NCBI GenBank assembly: GCA_963667725.2
Contig: CAXXHO010000005.1
Span: 832,001 to 896,000 of the forward strand
Reading direction: 5' to 3'
Length of the DNA: 64,000 nt
From: Treponemataceae bacterium
GTDB taxonomy: Bacteria > Spirochaetota > Spirochaetia > Treponematales > Rectinemataceae
Below the pieces are notes generated by a model that was not told where the DNA came from, ran no database searches, and was given only the letters and a program-made list of their open reading frames with translations. Below are positions 44,525 through 53,556 of this stretch, in pieces; positions within the stretch are counted from its first letter, which is position 1; each line of letters opens with the position of its first letter. The translations under genes and the position numbers were made by a program.

Positions 44525-45445
44525 CTAGAGCGATTGTGATGAAATGGCGTCGAGGGTTCCGCCGGCAAGGCAGGGTACTTTCGATCCGAATGCCTTCCAG
44601 AGCCCCGCGAGCACCGTGCCGGGACCGGTTTCGAAGCAGCGTTCGAAACCATCGGCTGCGATGGCGCTTTCCTCGCTGATCCATCGCACGGGGCTTACGA
44701 TCTGCGCCGAGGCGAACTGCTTGGCCTGGGTGCCCGAAGCGATTTTTGTTCCCGTTACGTTGGAATAGATAGCGGCTTTGGGATCGTGAAAAGCGACATC
44801 CTTCAAAACCTCCGCAAAAGCCTCGGACGCGGGCCCCATGATGGGCGAATGGAAGGCGCCCGAGACCTTAAGACGCACGACGCGCTTGGCGCCGGCCGCC
44901 TTGAGCCTTTCCTCGGCCTGGGCCACGTCGGCCTCCGTGCCTGAGATGACGCATTGGACGGGGCTGTTGTAATTGGCCACCCAGACGTTTTTCAGCCCGG
45001 CTTCGGCTATCGTCCGCTCGATCTTGTCGGGAGCCAGAAAGAGCACGGCGCTCATGGTCGATCCGCCGGATTTCCGTCCGGCCTCGTCCATGAGGCGGCC
45101 ACGCTCGGCCACGAGCCTGAACATGTCGAAGAACGAGAGTATTCCGGCCTCAGCCAGAGCCGGCCATTCGCCTACGGAGAATCCGGCGAATCCCGTGGCC
45201 ACGATGCCGTGTTCGCGGGCGCAGAGGGAGGCGGCCGAACCCGCCAGGGCGAGGGAAATCTGCGTATTCTTCGTCTGTTTTAGGGCTTCCTCGTCGCTCT
45301 CGAAGAGGAGCTTTCTCATGTCCGTTTTTGAAGCTTCCGATGCCAGCTCGAAGAGCTGGCGGACAGCCTTGCTCGTATCGTAGAAATCTTTGGCCATTCC
45401 GGGGTATTGGGCGCCTTGTCCGGGAAAAAGAAAGCAGGTTTTCAA
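44525..45445 (-). CDS. fabD: Malonyl-CoA:ACP transacylase
   Basis: FPGQGAQ, GFSVG, SGAFHS, GPG; TTG start with GGAGG RBS. Confidence 0.93.
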   Translation of the reverse strand: MKTCFLFPGQGAQYPGMAKDFYDTSKAVRQLFELASEASKTDMRKLLFESDEEALKQTKNTQISLALAGSAASLCAREHGIVATGFAGFSVGEWPALAEAGILSFFDMFRLVAERGRLMDEAGRKSGGSTMSAVLFLAPDKIERTIAEAGLKNVWVANYNSPVQCVISGTEADVAQAEERLKAAGAKRVVRLKVSGAFHSPIMGPASEAFAEVLKDVAFHDPKAAIYSNVTGTKIASGTQAKQFASAQIVSPVRWISEESAIAADGFERCFETGPGTVLAGLWKAFGSKVPCLAGGTLDAISSQSL

Positions 45446-45600
45446 GGGTTTTCCTCCTGGGATTTCTCAAACTGCCAAGCTAGGCTCATACGCATAGTAT
45501 AATTTACAAAAACCCGAAAAATGTAAATAGCCGCCAAGGAGGCGAAAAAATGCCATGTTTCCCGCTGGCGAGGGCTTTCCCGCGCGGTTATACTCTTCCA

Positions 45601-45915
45601 ATGCCTACCGATTCGACAATGATGATCGTGGAATGCATCCAATCCATTCCGGCCGGCCGAGTGCTCTCATATGGGGCTGTCGCGGAGATGTCGGGCAACC
45701 CGCTGAGAGCCTCCGGCGCCCGTCAGGTGGCCAGGATTCTCCATTCCATGTCGCGAAAATATGGCTTGCCCTGGTGGCGCGTCGTCAAAAAGGACGGGGC
45801 GATCGCGCTGGGCGCCGGCGAAGGAAAGGATCTTCAGCGTCAGCTCCTGGAAGCCGAAGGCGTCGAATTCTCGGCTTCGGGAAAAATCGACATGATAAAA
45901 TTCGGTTTCCGCTGA
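45601..45915 (+). CDS. Alkyltransferase-like (ATL/YbaZ-type MGMT family) protein
   Basis: IP.GRVLSYG, ARQV, PWWRVV (Trp in place of the catalytic Cys). Confidence 0.85.
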   Translation: MPTDSTMMIVECIQSIPAGRVLSYGAVAEMSGNPLRASGARQVARILHSMSRKYGLPWWRVVKKDGAIALGAGEGKDLQRQLLEAEGVEFSASGKIDMIKFGFR

Positions 45916-45935
45916 ACTAAACGCGGCTTGTCGCC

Positions 45936-46835
45936 TTATCCCAGGAGAAACTGCGATCCGAGGATCCGCAGACCTCTCGCGGCCATGAGCTCTGAGAATT
46001 CCGGTCTCAGGAAAAGGCCCCGCACGAGAAGGTGTTCAACACCTTTTTTGTCGTAGTGGACGCGTATCCTGTCGAGAATGCGGAATTCCAGGCCCAGTTC
46101 GCGAAAATCCTTGGTCACGTAGAGGAAGCGCACTATGCCCAGGGACCTTCCCTCCACCTGAACGACGGCGCCCGCCGCGGCCGCTATCGGACTTCCCCCG
46201 GCCTCGGTGATGTAATAGATGAAGCTGTTGGCGCGGCGGGCTTCCATGAAGTCTAAAACTTCGCTTTGTTCCAGCAGGGCTGCCGCAGCGGGCAGCCAGT
46301 CGAGGGCGTCGGTTCGGGCTTCCTCGACGAGGGCGGCCATGTCCAGGGGGCTGTCTTCCATCGTACAGTGTTCCACGGAAAACTCTTCGTCGAGGAGTTC
46401 CTCGTATTCCTCCGGCTCCGGCCCAAGGCGGGCAAGGCCCAAAGCCTCCCTCATGTCGTCCATCCAGGATTCGATGTACCGCCTGAGGACGGCGTTCTTG
46501 TATTCCCTGAACTGCAGATCTTCCTGAGGATATTCGGAGAGCACCTGCCTGAAAGCCTTGAACACCCCTTTGCCGTGGGATAGAGCCTTGAGGAGAGCCC
46601 GTTTGAGTTCGAGATTCTTGAGGCGGCCGCAGAAATTTTCCATCAAGCGGAATCCATCGGCGGGAGTCCACGCCGGCGGCGGGGCCAAGTTCGCGGGAAG
46701 CTCGCCTTCCGGCCTTGTCACGAGTTCGCCCGTGCGCAGGTCGATGAGGCGGGACTTGGTCTGGTCTTCCATCGCGAAAATGATGCGTTCCAGGATTGTC
46801 TCGGTCAATTCGAAGGTGGGTTCGCCGTTCAGCAT
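45936..46835 (-). CDS. UPF0158 domain protein with GNAT-like C-terminus
   Basis: IIFAMEDQ, GFRLMENF, GKGVFKAF; C-terminal LYV...R..GL. Confidence 0.7.
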   Translation of the reverse strand: MLNGEPTFELTETILERIIFAMEDQTKSRLIDLRTGELVTRPEGELPANLAPPPAWTPADGFRLMENFCGRLKNLELKRALLKALSHGKGVFKAFRQVLSEYPQEDLQFREYKNAVLRRYIESWMDDMREALGLARLGPEPEEYEELLDEEFSVEHCTMEDSPLDMAALVEEARTDALDWLPAAAALLEQSEVLDFMEARRANSFIYYITEAGGSPIAAAAGAVVQVEGRSLGIVRFLYVTKDFRELGLEFRILDRIRVHYDKKGVEHLLVRGLFLRPEFSELMAARGLRILGSQFLLG

Positions 46836-46919
46836 GCCTTCATTGTACACCATGAAGGGCTTTCGTGGTGCATGGAATTGTGGACAGAGGAGAATCGGCC
46901 CTGTATACTGGACAAAACA

Positions 46920-47837
46920 ATGAAAGCGAACCTCCACCTTCACTCTAAATTCTCCGACGGCAGCCTCTGGCCCGAGGAAATCGCCCTCGGGGCGGCGCGC
47001 GAAGGCTTGGAGGCGGCCGCTCTCACCGACCACGACACGATGGGCGGTACCGAGCGTTTCGTGAACGCCTGCGCCCGCTTGGGCGTTCTGGGCCTTACCG
47101 CCTGCGAAATCGATGTGTCGGAGCCGGAAATAGAGTATAAAAGCGAAATCCTCGGCTATTTCCCCGGCAAGGCATCCTTCGAATGTCCCGCTACCCGCTC
47201 GATGCTGGCCACCGTCCTGGGGGAGAGGAAGAAAAGGCTTGAATATTATTTGTACTGGGCGAGGACGATCTTCAGGCGCGAAGACCTGACGATGGACGAT
47301 CTTCTCGGCGACAAGCTGGCCGGTATGGACAGGGACAAGTTAGAGGGTCTGGATTCAGTTTCCTGGAGCAAGGTGGATCTCTTCCTCTACCTCAAGGCGC
47401 GCCGTCTGATTCCCGCCTACGCGACCTACAAGGGTTTCAAGAAAGAGTGGTTCGTGCCCGGCAAGTTCCCCAAGTACAAGCTTTCCAAGCCAGGCGTCAG
47501 GGAATGCGTGCGATCCATCCATGAAGACGGCGGTTTCGCCGTGATTCCTCATTTCGGGCATTTCTGGAACGACGATATCGATGCCATGGAGCGCCGCCGC
47601 GACAAGATATCGTCACAGCTGGGTTTTTTCCGGAACTGCGGCGTGGATGGCATCGAGCTGTACTGGTATTCGGGCCGGCAGAAGACCGAGGAGATCAATG
47701 GGCTGATGGAGGAGATGGCCGGCCCGCTCGGTTTCTTCTTCACCTACGGTTCGGATTGCCATGGTCCGGGCACGGACAAGTATACCATGGACAAGTTTTC
47801 CGGCGATTTCGCCGGTTTCCCGAAGGTTTCCCGATAA
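46920..47837 (+). CDS. PHP domain phosphoesterase
   Basis: NLHLHS..SDG, ALTDHD, GSDCHG. Confidence 0.88.
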   Translation: MKANLHLHSKFSDGSLWPEEIALGAAREGLEAAALTDHDTMGGTERFVNACARLGVLGLTACEIDVSEPEIEYKSEILGYFPGKASFECPATRSMLATVLGERKKRLEYYLYWARTIFRREDLTMDDLLGDKLAGMDRDKLEGLDSVSWSKVDLFLYLKARRLIPAYATYKGFKKEWFVPGKFPKYKLSKPGVRECVRSIHEDGGFAVIPHFGHFWNDDIDAMERRRDKISSQLGFFRNCGVDGIELYWYSGRQKTEEINGLMEEMAGPLGFFFTYGSDCHGPGTDKYTMDKFSGDFAGFPKVSR

Positions 47838-47856
47838 AAGAAGACAGGAGTTTTCC

Positions 47857-48708
47857 ATGGCACATTGCATCGTCCCCGCCGCCGAAGACATTCTCGACAA
47901 GGAATTCAAGGTGCTGGACAAGGGCTTCGTCAGGCTCGTCGACTATCTCGGCGGCGACGACCGCATCGTCCAGGCGGCGCGGGTTTCCTACGGAAAGGGG
48001 ACGAAGAGTTACCGCGAGGACGCCGGCCTCATCGATTATCTGCTCCGCCATGAACATACCTCTCCCTTTGAGCAGGTCGTCCTCACCTTCCATGTGAAAC
48101 TGCCCATCTTCGTGGCGCGCCAGTGGATCCGCCACAGGACGGCCAGGGTGAACGAGGTGTCGGGCCGCTATTCGGTCATGAAGGACGATTTCTATGTCCC
48201 GGCTCCCGTCGATCTGGCTTCCCAGAGCGACGACAACAAGCAGGGGCGGTCGGAGGAGCCGATGGCGGCTGACCAGGCGGCGAGGGTGCGCGAAATTCTG
48301 GAACGCGGGCAGAAGGAAGCGTACGGGGACTATTCCGGTCTGGTGGAGGAAGGGCTGGCCCGGGAAATCGCGCGCATCAACCTGCCTCTATCGCTCTACA
48401 CCGAATGGTACTGGCAGATCGATCTGCACAATCTTTTCAGGTTCCTCATGCTCAGGCTGGACTCCCACGCGCAGAAGGAGATCAGGCTGTACGCGCGGGC
48501 AATGCTGGAAATGACGCGCGCCGTGGCGCCGAAGGCCACCGAAAGCTTCGAGCGCAACAGCTTGAGCGCGGTCCGCTTTACCGGCGCTGAGATGGCCGAG
48601 CTGAAACGAAGGTTGAAGGCCGATGTAGACGGCGTTTCCATGCCCCTCCTCAAGGGCAAGGAACTCGAGCGCCTGGAGGAGAAGCTGAGGACGGGGAAAC
48701 AGCTATAG
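47857..48708 (+). CDS. thyX: FAD-dependent thymidylate synthase
   Basis: AARVSY, HTSPFEQ, RHRTARVNEVSGRY, HAQKEI. Confidence 0.96.
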   Translation: MAHCIVPAAEDILDKEFKVLDKGFVRLVDYLGGDDRIVQAARVSYGKGTKSYREDAGLIDYLLRHEHTSPFEQVVLTFHVKLPIFVARQWIRHRTARVNEVSGRYSVMKDDFYVPAPVDLASQSDDNKQGRSEEPMAADQAARVREILERGQKEAYGDYSGLVEEGLAREIARINLPLSLYTEWYWQIDLHNLFRFLMLRLDSHAQKEIRLYARAMLEMTRAVAPKATESFERNSLSAVRFTGAEMAELKRRLKADVDGVSMPLLKGKELERLEEKLRTGKQL

Positions 48709-49235
48709 CCGCCGGAAGTTCTTCACTTTTTCCAACGGATAAGAGCATCGCAAAACGCGCTTGCTTTTATTTTCCGATCCGACTGTGAAATGGATATGGA
48801 AAAAGGCTGTTCATCCACAAGGCCGAGACTCGCAACAAGGTGTATACAACCGGAATACACAGATGATAGATCGTTATCGAGAGAGAGGGGTAGTCCATCC
48901 GCGCTGAATCCTGTGATAAGTTGCTTTATTTTAACCAATCCTATTTTTTTCGATGATTCACCGCATCATAAGGAATCAATATTATCGCGAGTACGGCTCG
49001 GACAAAGGGCCTTCGGGATTATAATAGTCACTGAAGCCTATCATGGTCTCTGTGCAATGACAGGTGAGTATACCTTACGAGAGTTTTTTAAGCGGCCCAT
49101 ATCAAGACAGTCGCGACGTCGGGACCTCTGCTCGTTTCGAGCGGGCTCTTGTTACGTTTCAATCTTCATAAATTGTTTGATACAGGCTACAATACCATAT
49201 ATACAAAACTGGTGCCACATCAGGTCTATGGCAGC

Positions 49236-49553
49236 GCCATAGCCAGGGTAATGGCGAAGCTTTCCTTGGATGGCCTCGTGGAAAAGATCAGCAAAAAAGT
49301 CTCCAAACAGGCAATAAACAAGTACGAAAATGGCCTGATGATGCCCGACAGCTCCGTTATCATCGCGCGTCGCTGACGTACTCGGTGCGGGTAAGCTGAT
49401 CGAATCGGCAGCTCGTTTTTGCTACTTCGAGCGGTGCTCGAACGCGAACTCGGAATCAAGCGTTCTGAAATTTCGCTCTTCGGACTTGCGGCCTTGAAGC
49501 GTCAATATGGGCTTTCAATGCAGGCGATCATGTGTAGTGCCGTATCGTATTAG
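49236..49553 (+). pseudogene. Relic of an XRE-HTH + ImmA/IrrE metallopeptidase gene
   Basis: HTH ARVMAKLSLDGLVEKISKKVSKQAINKYENGLMMPDS; in another frame ADRIGSSFLL...LKRQYGLSMQAIM; stops present, middle missing. Confidence 0.7.
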
Positions 49554-49568
49554 ATCATCATAGACTAC

Positions 49569-50570
49569 TCATATGGGCAGTTCAGCAAGATGATCAGCTG
49601 ACGGGATCCTGACCGCGAACCGGCATAGCTCGCCGCCCGAAAGGACGGAATCGAGGACGACAGCCTCGGTCTCCTTTTCGAACACGACATCGAAGAGAAA
49701 CTTGACGTAACCCGCCGAACAAGCGCACCAGAGCGGCGGTACCCCGGCGCCCTTTTCCGTTATGGATGCCGACGCGAGCGGACAATGGCAGGCCAGCCTC
49801 CGTCTCTCCAGCTTGTCGGTGGCACGGAGATATCTATCGGGGTCATAGGGAATCTTTGTTATATATATGGTATCGCCCTTGCGAACACCTCCAAGGATTT
49901 CCGGCCGTTCCTCGACGAAATCGACGACGGCCATGGTTATCTTCTGTTCGAACCAGAGGGTCCCGTCCTCCGCGTGCCTGCGGAGGATTTCGACCTTGCG
50001 TCTGTGGTAGTCTGAAAGCCACTCGTCGATCGACCCGAGTTCGAGAAAGCGCTTCTTATCCAGGGCGAAGGCTGCGGCTGGTATCCCGTGGACGTTCCAG
50101 GAGAGCACTCGCTTGGCTTTATCAGGCCCGACTTCCGCCTTCAGGGCTTCCACGAAACGGGCCGTGACTGCGGGGTACGCTTCCGGCTGGCTGCCTTCTG
50201 CCGGAACGGTCACGCCATCCATTACGCGGCTGCGAACAACCTCTCCTTCGATGTTGGCGAGCCTGTCGGCCATCGTGGGGAGTACGCCAATAGGAAAGAG
50301 GTAGGCCATGAGCCGGATCGCCACCATCCCATTTTTCGCGGCCGCAAAGTAGCGCGCAGCGGGGACGAGAAAATCGTAGACAGACGCGCCTTTCGCGAGG
50401 TGCTCTAAGGCCCAGGCTTCGACCGCCGCGAGTTCCGGTTCCTCAAGCGACAATCCCCGGGCGGTTAGCGATGATTCGAGCCCCGCGATAACCAGAAAGG
50501 AGTCCCGAATCGCTTTTTCGTCGAGCCCCCGCTCCCTGAGCGAGGAGAGGTACTCAGTTTCCCTGTACAT
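49569..50570 (-). CDS. Hypothetical protein with Cys-rich DUF6144/V4R-like C-terminus
   Basis: CHCP...WCACSAG...SVLSGGELCRF; AGGAG RBS before MYRETE. Confidence 0.65.
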   Translation of the reverse strand: MYRETEYLSSLRERGLDEKAIRDSFLVIAGLESSLTARGLSLEEPELAAVEAWALEHLAKGASVYDFLVPAARYFAAAKNGMVAIRLMAYLFPIGVLPTMADRLANIEGEVVRSRVMDGVTVPAEGSQPEAYPAVTARFVEALKAEVGPDKAKRVLSWNVHGIPAAAFALDKKRFLELGSIDEWLSDYHRRKVEILRRHAEDGTLWFEQKITMAVVDFVEERPEILGGVRKGDTIYITKIPYDPDRYLRATDKLERRRLACHCPLASASITEKGAGVPPLWCACSAGYVKFLFDVVFEKETEAVVLDSVLSGGELCRFAVRIPSADHLAELPI

Positions 50571-50854
50571 CGCATCTCCTGATACGATCGTCTTTGTGGT
50601 GGAGGGTACGCAGGCCACGGCTGACCAGCCGGCGACAGCGCCCCGAAAGCGAAACTCTAGCATAAAGCAGGCACGGAAGAAATACTTTTGGGTCGGCGGA
50701 GCGATCGTGAGCGAGGGCGGGCGGACCACTTCGCCGCGCTGGTCGCGCGGATGTGTCTGGACGGCGGAAGCCCCGGAAGCTAAACTTCCAGCACAGCAGT
50801 GGCGCGGGGGAAATGCTTCAGAGTGTTCCACATATTCCCCCGGGGAGAGATAGT

Positions 50855-51139
50855 ATGACGAGTATCTGCGGTGTTGTTTGCGATATCTGCAAGGATTTTG
50901 GAGCGAACTGTCCGGGCTGTGCCGCTTTAGAAGGGAAGGTATATTGGGCCTCCTATGTCGGGGCCGACCTCTGTCCCCTTTACGATTGCTGTGTCAACGG
51001 AAAGAAGCTGCTTCATTGCGGAAAGTGCCGGGAATTGCCCTGCGCGGTGTATTACGACACCCGGGATCCTTCGGTAAGTGTGGCGGAACACGAGAAGGGA
51101 ATACAAGAGCGGGTGGAGGTATTGCGGAAGCTGGGCTGA
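50855..51139 (+). CDS. DUF3795-like small Cys-rich protein
   Basis: CGVVCDIC..CPGC..CPLYDCC..HCGKC..PC. Confidence 0.8.
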   Translation: MTSICGVVCDICKDFGANCPGCAALEGKVYWASYVGADLCPLYDCCVNGKKLLHCGKCRELPCAVYYDTRDPSVSVAEHEKGIQERVEVLRKLG

Positions 51140-51196
51140 AAGTGCCCGGGTACGCGGCGTAAGATATCTTAATCCGAGAGGCGGCCCGGAGGCCTT

Positions 51197-52219
51197 ATGG
51201 TACCGAAAAAGATTCCCGACACCGATTGGTTCGAGGAACAGCGCGATGTGTTCGCGGTCTACTTTGATGACACCCCCTGGCACGCGACAGGCGACCGGAT
51301 CGTCAGGACTTTTGAATTGGCGCTCAGGAAATATGCGGGTAAGCTGGACAAATTGCCGGGGAATTTCCTCCCTATGGTAATGGACCAGTATCTGGCGTCG
51401 CGGTGGCACGAAATGTCCCACTCTCTGCCGGAGCTGGATGCCGGGGACATAAAGGAAAAGGTGGGATACCTCCACGCTTTCTGCCGTTTCGGCATCAAGA
51501 AATGGCCTTACCGGGCTTTCGAGGTAATACAGGATCTGGGCGGAAGTCGCTTCTGGTGCCGCGACGAGGAAGATGAGGAATTCGGGTTGTACTCTGACGG
51601 TCTAGCCCATTCGCTTTCGGAAGGCAAACGGCTTTTCCTGAGCGTAGTGGTGGAGGTGGAAGGGCGCTGGCACATGACCTATGGTCCGATACTGGACTGG
51701 ATCGGTCTTTTCCCGGGGGACCTGGGATATTTCGCCTCTAAGGTCGCCCTCCAACTCTATGGGAAAGAGGGATTCTCCGCGGTTGTTCGCTTCAACCCAG
51801 TGCCCTTCTGGGCGGCCTGGACCTATGGGGTCATACCCGCCGTCTATCACGAGGGCGAGCCGGTAATGCAATGTTGGCTCCATGGAACGCTCGCCCCCGG
51901 CTTCGATGAGGCGCTCCCCTTGACATGGAGGCGCGACGACGCGGGGCCCAAAACCCGATGGACCTACCGCGACGATACCTTTTTCCGCAGGCGTCAGATT
52001 TTTATTGATCGCAAGACGGGCAAAGCGCTTGTGCTGGCGCGACGCCCCGGGGATTTCAACAAGATCATGGCGCTCCTCGGCCGCCGCTTCGAACAGGATG
52101 AAGAGCGTCCACTGAGCGTCAGCGCGTTGATGGGCGCTATAATCCAGGGCATAGTGGGGGTGGACGAGGAAGTCGCCGCCTGGGAGCGGCCCTTCGCGCG
52201 CTTCGACACGGCTCGATAG
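51197..52219 (+). CDS. Hypothetical protein
   Basis: 340 aa ORF with GGAGG RBS, co-oriented with neighbours. Confidence 0.7.
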   Translation: MVPKKIPDTDWFEEQRDVFAVYFDDTPWHATGDRIVRTFELALRKYAGKLDKLPGNFLPMVMDQYLASRWHEMSHSLPELDAGDIKEKVGYLHAFCRFGIKKWPYRAFEVIQDLGGSRFWCRDEEDEEFGLYSDGLAHSLSEGKRLFLSVVVEVEGRWHMTYGPILDWIGLFPGDLGYFASKVALQLYGKEGFSAVVRFNPVPFWAAWTYGVIPAVYHEGEPVMQCWLHGTLAPGFDEALPLTWRRDDAGPKTRWTYRDDTFFRRRQIFIDRKTGKALVLARRPGDFNKIMALLGRRFEQDEERPLSVSALMGAIIQGIVGVDEEVAAWERPFARFDTAR

Positions 52220-52239
52220 TTTTCCGCACAGAGGTTGTT

Positions 52240-53541
52240 ATGACTAAAAAAATGAGCGCGTCCGCTCTTGTAAAGAAGATGCCGCGCGAGACCCTCGAAT
52301 CGATACTCCTCGAACACATTGGGGAGGATGCAGCCCTTGAACGGCACATTATCATCGAGTACGGGACATCGACGACGGTGGCTCACTACAGGGAATTAGT
52401 TGACGGAATGTTTAGAGGCATAAGCGGATGGGGATATGACGGCTATGAGGAGGGCGACGCATACGATATCGCCCGAGAAATACAAGAAATGTTCGTCAAG
52501 GCGGAGAAAAAATCAGTCAATGAACAGGCGAATGCCGTTTTCGCGATTGCGCAGGCCGTGATCGACGGCGTCATTCCCCGCCTCGATGAGTGCGATGATC
52601 ATGACGGGAATTTATACGACATTGTTCATGAAGCGCTAGGTCGGGTCGAGTCCGTAGCGAACGCAGTAGATACAAATACTGCATTGCTAGGAGAAATCGC
52701 GTTATGGGCCAAAGATCTCTTGTCTTCGGGACGACTCGATGGTTACGGAAATGGATGGGCTGAACAGTGTACTGACATTCTCGCGGCGACGGCCAGGACC
52801 GAGGCCGAGCGGGCAGCATTCATAGAAGCCCACCTCGACATCGACGATGTCAGGGAATTGGCTATTCGGGAAGCGTTCGCCGCGAAAGACTTCCAACGCT
52901 GCAAGGTTCTCTCGGCCGAAGGGATCTCCCGTGCGGAGAAAGACAACTTATCGGGTCTGGTCGACGGTTACCGCCAATCCTTAATCGGGGCGATGGACGT
53001 TTTGGGCGCTGGAAAAGATGCCGACGCCCTCGTTGAACAATGGACAATTGAGGCTTGGCGCGATACTTGGTTCATGATATTAAAAAGCCGGACACCGAAC
53101 GCGGAGTGGAAGGAGACGAGGGAGCGGGTTTTGGTGGCGTTGGAGTCGAAGGGGAAATGGGCATCTCTCCTTTCGTCGTTGTACGACTCTGAACGACTTT
53201 ACGACAGATTGATGACGCTTTGCGAAAAAGACCAGGCGGTCCTTGTGACGTACTATCGGAAGCTTCTTAAAAAGTTCCCCACCCGCGTCGCTCCCCTTTT
53301 GCTGACATATATCCGCCAGAAGGCCGCTTCCGACTTCAACCGGAGTTCCTATCAGAGAACGGCGGCCCTTGCAGCGGACTACAGAGTCTGCGCCGGCGTC
53401 GATGCGGCTGCTGCACTCATTGACGAGCTTGAAGCGCAGTACCGGGCTCGTCGCGCGATGCGCGAGGAGCTGGAAAAAGTACGGCCTGTACGGCAACCCC
53501 CGGCAGCGAAAATCAAGCCCTTGTTACACGATCTTTTTTGA
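52240..53541 (+). CDS. Hypothetical alpha-helical protein (resembles C-terminal part of SWIM-associated proteins)
   Basis: 433 aa, GAGG RBS; DDHDG motif and C-terminal Y..R.AM.EEL. Confidence 0.65.
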   Translation: MTKKMSASALVKKMPRETLESILLEHIGEDAALERHIIIEYGTSTTVAHYRELVDGMFRGISGWGYDGYEEGDAYDIAREIQEMFVKAEKKSVNEQANAVFAIAQAVIDGVIPRLDECDDHDGNLYDIVHEALGRVESVANAVDTNTALLGEIALWAKDLLSSGRLDGYGNGWAEQCTDILAATARTEAERAAFIEAHLDIDDVRELAIREAFAAKDFQRCKVLSAEGISRAEKDNLSGLVDGYRQSLIGAMDVLGAGKDADALVEQWTIEAWRDTWFMILKSRTPNAEWKETRERVLVALESKGKWASLLSSLYDSERLYDRLMTLCEKDQAVLVTYYRKLLKKFPTRVAPLLLTYIRQKAASDFNRSSYQRTAALAADYRVCAGVDAAAALIDELEAQYRARRAMREELEKVRPVRQPPAAKIKPLLHDLF

Positions 53542-53556
53542 CCTATTCTTTTTGCC

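Noticed and set aside
50571..50854. Riboswitch or ncRNA in the divergent intergenic region
   Set aside because: GC-rich stems are possible but no recognisable aptamer consensus; needs a covariance-model search
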